Origin: an uncultured Latescibacterota bacterium
GTDB lineage: Bacteria; Latescibacterota; UBA2968
Direction of reading: 5' to 3'
Assembly: GCA_958295785.1 (NCBI GenBank)
Contig: OY282377.1
Coordinates: forward strand, 3,418,052 to 3,482,051
DNA length: 64,000 nt
Of the stretch, positions 8,946 to 18,075 are shown piece after piece (the stretch's first letter is position 1; each line of letters starts with the position of its first letter). The translations under genes and the position numbers were made by a program. Below the pieces are notes generated by a model, which was not told where the DNA came from, searched no databases, and worked only from the letters and a program-made list of their open reading frames with translations.

Positions 8946-11524
8946 CGCCCTCTCCTCGCCGTTTTCGCGCCCAACGCCTCAAACAGGCTGTCTCTAAATT
9001 GGTTCTCGTCTTCGTTGTTGTAGAACGGCACGCCGATCAAACGGTATTTTTTATTTTTAAATGTCAAGAGTTTGCCGGCAGGCTCGGCGGTAATCGCTTT
9101 CAAAAAGGCTTCCTTCCAGCGATCGCGATCGCCCAGATGCTTGCCTTTGGGTTCGACAAAAAGTTGATACGTCAACAAGTCGCCAGCCCTGTCGCGCAGG
9201 AACAGGACAAAATCCGGTTGGAAGGCTCGCCCGTCGTCAAAATTGTAAATCTCGAAATGCCTTTCGTTGCGAAGCAAATAGATCGCGTCGTAATCTCGTT
9301 GTAATTTCTGCATTTGCCTGTCCAGCATCCGCACAAACGCCTTTTCTTCGCTGGTACCGTAAATTGTGTTGCAGGCAAACCAGTCTTTGGCAGAGACGAA
9401 ATGTTCAAATTGCGCGTCTTTCTTAGCGCGGGGATTTTTGGCGTCAAATTTCAACACCTTATCCCCAAAGACTCCATGCACCCTATCGCACCTAAACGCT
9501 CGTGAGCCTTCGTATTCGGTCACTCGCTGGCGAATTTCGGCTTCGACTTGACGCAACAACCCCGACACAGCAGCGCGTTTTTCAACGCGGTTCTCGTCCA
9601 ATCTATAAATATTGCCCTGATAAGTGATTTCCAGCCCGCCGAGATAATTCTCAGAAACCACAAAATCGCGCATGGATGCGAGATTGGGAAAATAGCGTTT
9701 GAGCGACGCAAAGGCAAAGAACGGATTGCACGCAACAGCAGATTGAACGATGTTGCGCTCATGGGCGCGGACCTTCACGTCCTGCCGGGTTTCGTCTTGC
9801 GCCACATGTTGCCCAGTTGCCAAAACGGATTGCGCGCCGCCGCGCCCCGTGGCAATGACGTGGACGTAATTCCGTTTCTGCACGCCCAAATCGGCAAACG
9901 ATTGCACGCGCTGGTAATTTTTCGGGCGGCGGTCATTGAACCAAACCACCCCGCGTTTGTAGAAATCGGTTTGCTTAAACGAGTCTTTGAGCGCGAGTTT
10001 GCGCGTCACTTCGCGCTCGTCCATCATGCCTTCTTTGATCAGCGCGGCGCGAATTTCGGAAATATAGCGCGAATCATTGATGCTGTGATAGTGCAATTCT
10101 TCCAGCACGCGCAACTCGTTGTCGAGATCGCCGTCGAACTTGCGGCGAAAACGGTCCGCGTTGTGCGGCAAAACGTATGGAAAATACCGCGCTCCGCGCC
10201 CAATGAGTTGCGCCTCGGACATGGTCGTTCGCCCGATTTTATTTTTCCCGGAATCGCGCGCTTCATAACAGCGGACAATGTCGAACAGATTGAGCACATC
10301 CCACCCTTCGTTGAGCTTTTGCACGGCAAAGACAGCGCGAATGCGGTTGTGGCGGTCTTCGAGGGTATTGACCAAAATCTGATGATTTTCCTTTTCTTTT
10401 TCCTCGTTGACCGAGAGGCAAAAGTCTTCCCGAAATTCTCGCTTCAGGCGTTCTGCCAACTGCGCGTCCCCAATGTCGTGATCGTGAAAAAAGCGAAACG
10501 CCCGCTGAACGAGCGGGATGTTTGAGTTGCGAATTTGGGCGATGTTCGCAGCCGAGAGGCCATTGACGAGGTCGTGAAAGTTGGCTTTGTTCTCCCGCGA
10601 TTGGGCTATGGTGCGTTGCGCTTTGAACAGAACCACGGGCTTGAGATCGATGTGGTATTTCGCCGCCACTTCCCGTTTGTACTGGCTGAGAATCAGAGCT
10701 TGGAGGACGCGCGCGTTCAAGTCAAAATCCGATTGCACAATGACCACATCCTTTGAAAACAGATCGTTGCGGAATTGGAGCAAGTCATAGCGATACAACA
10801 CCTTGTTGCGGTATTTCTCCACCATTGCGGGGGTTTCGTAATCGTGTGTGGCGGTGAACTCCAACAAGAGATTGTCCTCATTCTGCTTGAAAATGCGCTC
10901 GACAGTATTCTCCCAACTCTCGAACATCTTCTGCTGAGACTTGGTCGCGACGTTCATGTGATGCGCTTCATCGGCGATCAGCGCCACTTTGTGCTTGCGA
11001 AAGTCTTCAAACGTAATGGCATTTTCCTTTTCGGTCATCAGGTCAGAATGGAGTTTTTGAATGGTGGTAAAGGAAAGGTTGATGTCGTTGGGATTAACCG
11101 CCTCGAAATTGTCCACAGGCGAGATTCGCACCCGGCTGTCGGCAATGTGGATGTCCCCATTGAACAGATATTTGATGCTAACGGGGTTGAGAAAATTGTC
11201 CCGCGTCTTTTCGATGATGTTGGTCGAGTTGACGAAAAACAAAAAATTGCGATACCCCTTCTCATACAGATAGAGAATCAGCCCGGCCATCATCAACGTC
11301 TTGCCACTGCCCGTCGCCATGTTGAACAGAAAATGCAGCGGGCGTTCCTTGTCCGGAAAATCATTGGCAAAACAGTAAAAAAAACGGGCAAACCCCTCTT
11401 CCTGATAGGGCCGCAACTCAAACTTGGGATTCAGATTATCCCTGAGATAAGCGGGAATCTCTTTGGGCAAACGTCCCATTTGAGAAACAGAATCGAGCGT
11501 CTCATACAAAAACTTATCCGCCAT
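8942..11524 (-). CDS. res: Type III restriction enzyme Res subunit
   Basis: MATGSGKT, DEAHH, EFTAT, EGWDV, QLIGRGAR and C-terminal PDF...EPKG nuclease motif. Confidence 0.92.
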   Translation of the reverse strand: MADKFLYETLDSVSQMGRLPKEIPAYLRDNLNPKFELRPYQEEGFARFFYCFANDFPDKERPLHFLFNMATGSGKTLMMAGLILYLYEKGYRNFLFFVNSTNIIEKTRDNFLNPVSIKYLFNGDIHIADSRVRISPVDNFEAVNPNDINLSFTTIQKLHSDLMTEKENAITFEDFRKHKVALIADEAHHMNVATKSQQKMFESWENTVERIFKQNEDNLLLEFTATHDYETPAMVEKYRNKVLYRYDLLQFRNDLFSKDVVIVQSDFDLNARVLQALILSQYKREVAAKYHIDLKPVVLFKAQRTIAQSRENKANFHDLVNGLSAANIAQIRNSNIPLVQRAFRFFHDHDIGDAQLAERLKREFREDFCLSVNEEKEKENHQILVNTLEDRHNRIRAVFAVQKLNEGWDVLNLFDIVRCYEARDSGKNKIGRTTMSEAQLIGRGARYFPYVLPHNADRFRRKFDGDLDNELRVLEELHYHSINDSRYISEIRAALIKEGMMDEREVTRKLALKDSFKQTDFYKRGVVWFNDRRPKNYQRVQSFADLGVQKRNYVHVIATGRGGAQSVLATGQHVAQDETRQDVKVRAHERNIVQSAVACNPFFAFASLKRYFPNLASMRDFVVSENYLGGLEITYQGNIYRLDENRVEKRAAVSGLLRQVEAEIRQRVTEYEGSRAFRCDRVHGVFGDKVLKFDAKNPRAKKDAQFEHFVSAKDWFACNTIYGTSEEKAFVRMLDRQMQKLQRDYDAIYLLRNERHFEIYNFDDGRAFQPDFVLFLRDRAGDLLTYQLFVEPKGKHLGDRDRWKEAFLKAITAEPAGKLLTFKNKKYRLIGVPFYNNEDENQFRDSLFEALGAKTARRGR

Positions 11525-13478
11525 CACGCGCCTCGTTGTAAAACGATTGATTCAACGCCTTGTCTTCATCGCTGACCTCGAAATCTTCATCCTCAATCTC
11601 CGAAAGGTGGACGTAGAGTTGGTTTTTGTCCAGCAATTCCATCAGCAACTTCTTTTGCTTGTCCAGCCCATCTTCACCACGCCCAATCGCAATAAAATCA
11701 TCGACCGCATCTTCCGGTGCTTTGGGGTTGACATACCAGTTCAAAAATGAGTTTTCGGCTATGTCCCGCCAGAGTGCCACCAGTTTCTCGGATGATTCGG
11801 CGGCCTGGATCGCGTCCATAAAGACTTCGTTGTACTGCATCAGTTCGCAAAAGATGAAATCGCCGCCACCCTGATAGTTGACGGCTTTGGAGACGCCGCC
11901 TTGTTCGCCGGCGAGCACCTTTTCCAAACGAGGAAACGTCACCGTCTCTATGTAGTCCATCTGCTCAACCCCAATCCATTGGCGGTTCATCTTGTGTGCG
12001 ACAGCCGCGGTTGTGCCACTCCCCAAGTGGTAATCCAAAACAATATCGCCTTCTTGGGTCGTGTATTCGAGAATGCGTTGAATGAGTAGTTCAGGTTTGG
12101 GATAAAGAAACACCTTGCTCCCGAATAATGCCACAATTTCGTCCGTACCTTTCTTGTTGAACATGCTTTTCAGCAACTCATCCATCGCTCGATTGAGAAA
12201 ATCCGACGACACGTATGCTTTATCAAAGTCATCCCCTTTTCTCGCAATCTCTTCCGACTTGAAGACACGCATTGCAGGCTGTTTCATGTTCAAAAAATCG
12301 TAATCACCGGGGACAATCTTCCCTTGTTTGAAGTAGTCATGAAATGTGTCTTTAGTAACTGCCCAACCCCGATTCGGATTGACGGGAAATTCTTGCCCAT
12401 TTCGCGGATTGATGAGAGTGAAATTTGAATTTGGGCGTTCCTCAATTGTACGTTGCGTCGTTAGTGGGCTAAGTCGCCATTCATCATCAGGGAAATCGGG
12501 CGTCTTGTAATACTTTCTTGCAACGGCACGCCTGAAAAGCTGATCTTTTTTTGTCGCGCCTTTTGTGTACATCAGCATCCAGTCAAAATCTTGCGACAGC
12601 TTGTAAGGCACATCGCTTTTTCCGCTCCGCGTCTTTCTCGGCACAGTTGCGATGAAATTGTCTTTGCCAAATATTTCATCCGCCACGAGTTTCAAGTAGT
12701 GCATTTCTCGGTCGTCAACCTGAATGAAGATCAGGCCGTCAGCCCGCAACAGTTCCCGCGCCACTTCCAGCCTATTCTTCATGAACGTCAGCCAACTCGA
12801 ATGGTTGAAGTTGTCATTGTACCCAAAACTATCACTGCCGTTGTTATACGGCGGATCGATGTAGATCAACTTCACCTTGCTGTGGAACTGTTTCTTCAGC
12901 GTGTGCAACGCCAGCAGGTTGTTGCCCTTGATGAGCAGGTTTTCTCGAATCGTCCCGTCCTCGTCTCGTGCGATCTCCGCGACCTTTTGTTCGCCGTCAA
13001 CCGCGTGGCGTTTCCAGTGGGTCAGCACCTTCGGGGCAAACATGCGGTTAATCTCGTCCTGCGCCAGCACTTCGTTGAAGAAAATCTCCTCGCGCTTCTC
13101 CTCCTCTTTGGTCTGCCCGCCTTCCAGCACGCAATCCTTGTACGGCCAAACCAAGGACACCTCGCCCCGCTCTCGCATGGATTTGTCTCCAATGTCCAAG
13201 CCAATTCTGTTGCGAAACCGGGTGTAGGAATTGGCGAGAAAGTCCTTGGCGGAAACGTAGTCGATAAAGGTGTTGTAATTAAAAATATAGTGCCTTTCAA
13301 TCTCGTCAAAAAACTTGGCCTTGATATCGGCATCCCCGATCAGCAACCGCACGAGATCATGGTCAATTTTCCACGCCCGATCAATCACCGCCGCCTTGAT
13401 CAACTCGCCCTCTTCATCTATAAAACGGGCATCTGTCTCGAGCAATGCAATCAACTTTTCGTCAAAGCCTTTTGGCAT
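11514..13478 (-). CDS. mod: Type III R-M Mod subunit (N6-adenine MTase)
   Basis: NLLIKGNNL, IYIDPPYN, YPKPE and DYHLGSGTT motifs; overlaps the res start. Confidence 0.93.
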   Translation of the reverse strand: MPKGFDEKLIALLETDARFIDEEGELIKAAVIDRAWKIDHDLVRLLIGDADIKAKFFDEIERHYIFNYNTFIDYVSAKDFLANSYTRFRNRIGLDIGDKSMRERGEVSLVWPYKDCVLEGGQTKEEEKREEIFFNEVLAQDEINRMFAPKVLTHWKRHAVDGEQKVAEIARDEDGTIRENLLIKGNNLLALHTLKKQFHSKVKLIYIDPPYNNGSDSFGYNDNFNHSSWLTFMKNRLEVARELLRADGLIFIQVDDREMHYLKLVADEIFGKDNFIATVPRKTRSGKSDVPYKLSQDFDWMLMYTKGATKKDQLFRRAVARKYYKTPDFPDDEWRLSPLTTQRTIEERPNSNFTLINPRNGQEFPVNPNRGWAVTKDTFHDYFKQGKIVPGDYDFLNMKQPAMRVFKSEEIARKGDDFDKAYVSSDFLNRAMDELLKSMFNKKGTDEIVALFGSKVFLYPKPELLIQRILEYTTQEGDIVLDYHLGSGTTAAVAHKMNRQWIGVEQMDYIETVTFPRLEKVLAGEQGGVSKAVNYQGGGDFIFCELMQYNEVFMDAIQAAESSEKLVALWRDIAENSFLNWYVNPKAPEDAVDDFIAIGRGEDGLDKQKKLLMELLDKNQLYVHLSEIEDEDFEVSDEDKALNQSFYNEARDGG

Positions 13479-13526
13479 GTTGACCTTCTTTAACGTTTAT
13501 TTTGTTGATTGACGATCACATCCTTA

Positions 13527-13765
13527 TCAAGCATCTCGATAAGCACGCAAAAAATCATCACGCGAAATTCCCGATTGCGTGCAAATCGTTCGCAACGTCG
13601 ATGACTTGAGTCGCAAATGATTGGGCATGGTCAAGGGCGTTCTGGTGCATCTACATTTTCCCTAAGCATTGCAATGTGTGTGGCTTCACGCACGACCCTG
13701 AATCCCAAAAATTCAAAAGTGCGAATCACCCTTCGCTCGGGGGCGTCAACGGGAAACTTCGCCAT
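13527..13765 (-). pseudogene. hicA: HicA-family toxin with a 1-bp frameshift
   Basis: MAKFPVDAP..GFRVVREATHIAM continues in another frame as TPLTMPNHLRLKSSTLRTICTQSGISRDDFL. Span is 239 nt, one short of an intact frame. Confidence 0.75.
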
Positions 13766-13990
13766 TTATACCGCCATTGCTTCATCAACCAGAAAAGCTT
13801 CCAAAACAGGGAAATCTTCATCCCATGCTTCTGCGCCAAATGTCTCGATATGAAATTGCACAGCAGATTTTACGTCCGCCAATGCTGTTTCATACGTCTC
13901 TCCCTGTCCAACGACGACGCCCTTCAGTCCGAGGGGATAGCCCACATAACCATCGGGATATCTTTCAACAACAATCTTAAAACACCTCAA
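13766..13990 (-). CDS. hicB: HicB-family antitoxin
   Basis: IVVERYPDGYV...VVGQGETYETALADVKSA; GGAGG RBS. Confidence 0.8.
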   Translation of the reverse strand: MRCFKIVVERYPDGYVGYPLGLKGVVVGQGETYETALADVKSAVQFHIETFGAEAWDEDFPVLEAFLVDEAMAV

Positions 13991-14068
13991 AATATCCTCC
14001 TTGTATCTTCCCTCCGCGTTTTTGTGGGGTTGCTTTTCGCCTCTTGCCTTTCATCCGCGCAATCCGTT

Positions 14069-14482
14069 TCATCCGCGATCCGTCTTCCCTTCCTTTATTC
14101 CCCGATTTGCCAACTGATCGGCTTTTTTGTTTTCCTCTCGTCGTACGTGTTTGATTTGGAATTTGTCAAAAGTTTTGCTCTGCATTTGCGCGGTTTGATA
14201 GAGCGACCACAGCGCGCTGCTTTTGACCTTGTAGTGCCCGTTCATCTGGCGCACCACGAGTTCGCTGTCCGAAAAAACGGTCACGCGATTCGCGCCGAAC
14301 TGCGCGGCGAGTTCGAGGCCCTTGATCAAGGCGCGATATTCTGCCACATTGTTGGTGGCCTGCCCGATGTACTCGCAATGCTCAGTCAAGAGTTTGCCTT
14401 CTCCTTCTATGCGAATGCCAATGCCCGCGTGCCCGGGATTGCCCTTGGATGCGCCGTCGATAAATAGGATGAGTTCGTTCAA
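14069..14482 (-). CDS. rnhA: Ribonuclease HI
   Basis: IDGASKGNPG, TNNVAEY, SDSELVVRQ and HVRREENKKADQLAN motifs. TTG start overlaps the upstream stop. Confidence 0.9.
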   Translation of the reverse strand: MNELILFIDGASKGNPGHAGIGIRIEGEGKLLTEHCEYIGQATNNVAEYRALIKGLELAAQFGANRVTVFSDSELVVRQMNGHYKVKSSALWSLYQTAQMQSKTFDKFQIKHVRREENKKADQLANRGIKEGKTDRG

Positions 14483-15201
14483 ACCGCGCCTTCGTCTTCT
14501 CGCCACGCCAAAATACGCCTGCAACCGTCGCAGCGCAAGATGCTGTCGGCACGCCGGACTTCGACCAAACGCTGCGGTGATAATTGCCGGTAACAGCCGC
14601 CGCAGGCCCCTTTGTGAACCGGCACAACGGCAACCCCGCCCTTGACGACCTCGCGGATGCGGTTGTACACGTTCAAAAGCCCGGGTTCCACATGGGGTTC
14701 AATGGCTGATCGCTTCCGTTCCCATGCGCGCACATTTTTTTCAATGGAATTGAGTTTGGCCGTCAACTCGTCAATGCGTTTTTGCCGGTCTTTTTCAATT
14801 TCTCGATAGTACTTTTTGTCTTCGCCGAGTTGTGCCTCAATCTCCTCAATCATTTCAATATTTTCCAAAATCGCGGTTTCGTGGTCGTCCTTGCGATCTT
14901 GAAGGCCCGCGATTTCGATTTGCAACGCGTCGTATTCCTTATTCGTTTTGACCTCGTAGAGCCGGTCTTGGTGTTTTTTCAGATCGGCTTCAATCGCTTC
15001 GAGGTCTCTTTCGAAGGTGCGCCGGTTTTTTTCGAGTTCTTCGCTGCGTTGCTGTTGCGCGTCGAGTTGATCGCGTGCGTTTTTCAGTTCGACTTCCAAG
15101 GTGTCGATTTCGAGGGGAAAATCGACTTGCGATTGGTGCAGCGCGTTGATTTCTTTGTCGATTTCCTGAATTTTCAGCAAATTGTGCAAACTCTCTCGCA
15201 T
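14479..15201 (-). CDS. Coiled-coil protein with C-terminal C4 zinc ribbon (DUF164/HP0958-like)
   Basis: LQEID-type start, long coiled coil, CGGC and CDGC pairs; AAGGAG RBS. Confidence 0.85.
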   Translation of the reverse strand: MRESLHNLLKIQEIDKEINALHQSQVDFPLEIDTLEVELKNARDQLDAQQQRSEELEKNRRTFERDLEAIEADLKKHQDRLYEVKTNKEYDALQIEIAGLQDRKDDHETAILENIEMIEEIEAQLGEDKKYYREIEKDRQKRIDELTAKLNSIEKNVRAWERKRSAIEPHVEPGLLNVYNRIREVVKGGVAVVPVHKGACGGCYRQLSPQRLVEVRRADSILRCDGCRRILAWREDEGAV

Positions 15202-15230
15202 GCGTGGGTCTCCTTGTGAAGTGTGCAAAA

Positions 15231-15265
15231 AGAAAAGGTGCGACCCTGAGCAGGTGCACCTTTCT
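15231..15265 (-). terminator. Probable intrinsic terminator downstream of tRNA-Val(CAC)
   Basis: AAAGGTGC/GCACCTTT stem followed by a T-rich tract on the minus strand. Confidence 0.5.
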
Positions 15266-15321
15266 ATGGCTGTTTTTACTGCGCGTTGAACCTCTTGATC
15301 TGCTGGGAAGAGGTGGGTAAA

Positions 15322-15398
15322 TGGTGGGCGATACTGGATTTGAACCAGTGACCTCCGGTATGTGAAACCGGCACTCTAACCAACTGAGCTAATCGCCC
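15322..15398 (-). tRNA. tRNA-Val (anticodon CAC)
   Basis: GGGCGATTAGCTCAGTTGGTTAGAG...CCGGT-TTCACAT-ACCGG...GGTTCAAATCC...TCGCCCACCA, a 77-nt cloverleaf with CCA. Confidence 0.97.
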
Positions 15399-15480
15399 AA
15401 TTTCGTGAGGATACCGCACGGGGCGGTCGCTGTTTTTTTTCATAATCAAAAGAGTGGCTTGAAGTTTGGCGAGGGGTTGT

Positions 15481-15509
15481 AATTAACAAAAGATATTTTG
15501 GGATGTCAA
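15481..15509 (-). promoter_or_regulatory. Candidate sigma70 promoter for tRNA-Val(CAC)
   Basis: TTGACA-N17-TTAATT on the minus strand. Confidence 0.45.
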
Positions 15510-15746
15510 GCCCGATGTGTGTGAATTTTCCCATTGCCCGCGCCTGTGCAGGGGCTTCCTGCACGGTGTCTGGCCGCCGACCAATTGACGGAGAGGCCAT
15601 GAGGCGCGCCTGTTGTTCGGTCAAATTTGTTCCTTGCATCTGGCGACAAACCGAGGTATTTTCAAATGAGAAAACGAGGTCGTTCATCTTCCACACGCTG
15701 CTGATAAAAGAAGTGTGATAACGCGAGTAATTTGAGCGTTTGGCAG

Positions 15747-15786
15747 CGCACGCCGTAGGCATCAACGCATCAAAGGCAACAAACGA
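15747..15786. repeat. Short remnant related to the MITE-like element
   Basis: CGCACGCCGTAGGCA...CAACGCATCA.AGGCAACAAACGA matches 47527-47575. Confidence 0.55.
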
Positions 15787-15901
15787 GGGATTATCGACAT
15801 CAGCTTTTGAAAAGCATCGCAAAACGGCTTAAAGGCGCGTAACTTCAGGTCGTAAATCGAGGAGTAGGGATGGGCGACGGCTGATTGCCTCTTGTATCTT
15901 T

Positions 15902-15928
15902 GGGCGAGCACGGGGGCATCGCCCCTAC
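15902..15928 (-). repeat. REP-like palindrome GTAGGGGCGATGCCCCCGTGCTCGCCC
   Basis: Identical to the copies at 21559 and 21667. Confidence 0.8.
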
Positions 15929-16033
15929 ACACGGCTCGCCTTTTGTGCCTTTGAACGGGCTGTCGCTCGTTGTACCCCGCTCGTGTTTTTTGTGGCTAAA
16001 AACTGACATCTTACCTCTCGCGGAGAATCCCCC

Positions 16034-17044
16034 TTGTACATCTACATCCTCAAAAGATTACTGGCACTGATTCCCACGCTGTTGGGCATTACGGTGCTGG
16101 TTTTTTTTATGGTACATCTCGTACCTGGGGACCCGGCGCAGGTGATGCTGGGCGAGCGGGCGAGTGCCGAAAGTTTGGCCGCGCTGCGGCGCGATTTGGG
16201 GCTGGATCAGCCCTTGCATGTGCAATTTGGACGCTATCTCTCCGACCTGATGCAAGGCGATTTGGGGCGGTCGATCAAATCGCACGAGCGCGTGTCTGTC
16301 GAATTGATGGCGCGTTTTCCCGCGACGATGGAATTGACGCTGGTGAGCATGGTCTTTGCATGTGTACTTGGCCTTGGCGCGGGGATTGTGTCCGCAATTC
16401 GCCGCGGCACATGGTGGGATTATATCGGGATGACGGCATCGCTGGCCGGGGTTTCGGTGCCGATTTTCTGGTTGGGATTGTTGCTCATTCTGGGCTTTGC
16501 CGTTTCGCTGCCGCTGTTTCCGGTTTCCGGGCGCCTCGGTTCGCATGTGTTTATCCGCGCTGTCACGGGTTTGTATCTCATCGACAGCCTGATTGCAGGA
16601 GATTTGCCCGCGTTTGCCAACGCGCTCTGGCATCTGATTTTGCCCGGTGTGACCCTGGGCACAGTGCCCGCGGCGGTGATTGCGCGCATGACCCGGTCAA
16701 GTTTGCTGGAGGTGTTGCGCGAGGATTACGTGCGTACCGCGTGGGCCAAAGGGCTGTCTGAACGGGTGGTGATTGCGCGCCATGCATTGAAAAATGCGTT
16801 CATTCCCGTGTTGACTGTGATCAGCTTGCAATTTGGCTATTTGCTGGGCGGCGCGGTTTTGACCGAGAGTATTTTTGCCTGGCCTGGGGTGGGACGCTGG
16901 TTGCTTTTGTCTGTGTACGCGCGCGATTTCCGGGCGATTCAGGCGGGCGTTTTGATCGTATCCACGACCTTTGTGGCGATCAATTTGATCGCAGATTTGT
17001 TGTACGCCTATCTGGATCCGCGCATCAAATACGGCAGGGAATAG
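16034..17044 (+). CDS. dppB: Peptide/nickel ABC transporter permease (DppB family)
   Basis: VPGDPA, GDLGRS, ARMTRSSLLEVLREDYVRTAWAKGL (EAA region) and FAWPGVG. Confidence 0.9.
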   Translation: MYIYILKRLLALIPTLLGITVLVFFMVHLVPGDPAQVMLGERASAESLAALRRDLGLDQPLHVQFGRYLSDLMQGDLGRSIKSHERVSVELMARFPATMELTLVSMVFACVLGLGAGIVSAIRRGTWWDYIGMTASLAGVSVPIFWLGLLLILGFAVSLPLFPVSGRLGSHVFIRAVTGLYLIDSLIAGDLPAFANALWHLILPGVTLGTVPAAVIARMTRSSLLEVLREDYVRTAWAKGLSERVVIARHALKNAFIPVLTVISLQFGYLLGGAVLTESIFAWPGVGRWLLLSVYARDFRAIQAGVLIVSTTFVAINLIADLLYAYLDPRIKYGRE

Positions 17045-17052
17045 GCGGCGAC

Positions 17053-17925
17053 ATGTCACCTCCTCGAGACACGCTCCAAACACCGCCCGAGACCGCTTGG
17101 CTTTGGCATCGCTTGCGTCAAAACCGTCTCTCTGTTGTGGGCATGGTGTTGATCGGCGGCTTTTTGTTGCTGGCGTTCGCGGCGCCTTTGATCGCCCCTG
17201 CGGATCCGATGAAGCAAGCCCTGTACAACCGATTGTCGCCCCCAACGCTGGAACATCCGTTTGGCACTGATGATTTTGGTCGAGATATTTTGAGCCGCAT
17301 GATCTACGGCGCGCGCATTTCCCTGCGCGTGGGCGTGTTTGCCGTGCTGATCGCCCTCGTGCTGGGCACGTGTATCGGGCTGGTCGCCGGCTATTGGGGC
17401 GGATGGATCGATCAAGTGCTGATGCGCGTGATGGATCTCCTCTTGGCCTTTCCGAGTATTTTGCTCGCCATTGGCATTGTGGCGATTTTAGGGCCTGGCT
17501 TGGAAAATGCAATGCTGGCCGTGGGCATTGTGGCTGTGCCGCAATACGCGCGCTTGATTCGCGCGTCGGTCTTGACCGTGCGAGAAACCGATTACGTGCT
17601 GGCCGCGCGCGCGATGGGGGCATCCGATGCACGCATTTTGGCTATCGCCATTTTGCCCAATTGCCTCGCCCCCTTGATCGTACAGGCGACCCTGGGTTTG
17701 GCAACCGCGATCTTGGACGCGGCTGGCTTGAGTTTTCTCGGCTTGGGCGCGCAACCCCCCACGCCCGAATGGGGCGCGATGCTGAGCCAAGGCCGCGAAT
17801 TGATCGTGCGCGCGCCATGGGTGCTCGCCTTTCCCGGCGGGGCGATTTTTTTTACGGTCCTCGCGTTTAATCTGGTCGGCGACGGTTTGAGAGACGCGCT
17901 GGATCCAAAAGCGATCCGCAGATGA
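17053..17925 (+). CDS. dppC: Peptide/nickel ABC transporter permease (DppC family)
   Basis: HPFGTDDFGRDILSR, LSFLGLGAQPPTPEWG and GDGLRDALDP. Confidence 0.9.
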   Translation: MSPPRDTLQTPPETAWLWHRLRQNRLSVVGMVLIGGFLLLAFAAPLIAPADPMKQALYNRLSPPTLEHPFGTDDFGRDILSRMIYGARISLRVGVFAVLIALVLGTCIGLVAGYWGGWIDQVLMRVMDLLLAFPSILLAIGIVAILGPGLENAMLAVGIVAVPQYARLIRASVLTVRETDYVLAARAMGASDARILAIAILPNCLAPLIVQATLGLATAILDAAGLSFLGLGAQPPTPEWGAMLSQGRELIVRAPWVLAFPGGAIFFTVLAFNLVGDGLRDALDPKAIRR

Positions 17926-18075
17926 ACGCCATTTTTTTATTTCAGAAATTTGCGACAGGCATGTTATATTGCTTTTCGTCAAGGCCCTCTCCCGCCTGCG
18001 AGAGACGACGAGATTAGGTCTCCCATTGCGGAACTTCGGAAGGGATCATCTAAATACCCAAGAACAGGAGAAAAC

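Noticed and set aside
7686-9023. 445-aa plus-strand ORF, and similar long antisense ORFs such as 2493-3947 and 61256-62506
   Set aside because: Antisense shadows of well-supported minus-strand genes in GC-rich DNA.
17960-18070. Possible riboswitch in the leader of the secreted protein
   Set aside because: Only weak hairpins and no recognisable aptamer consensus.
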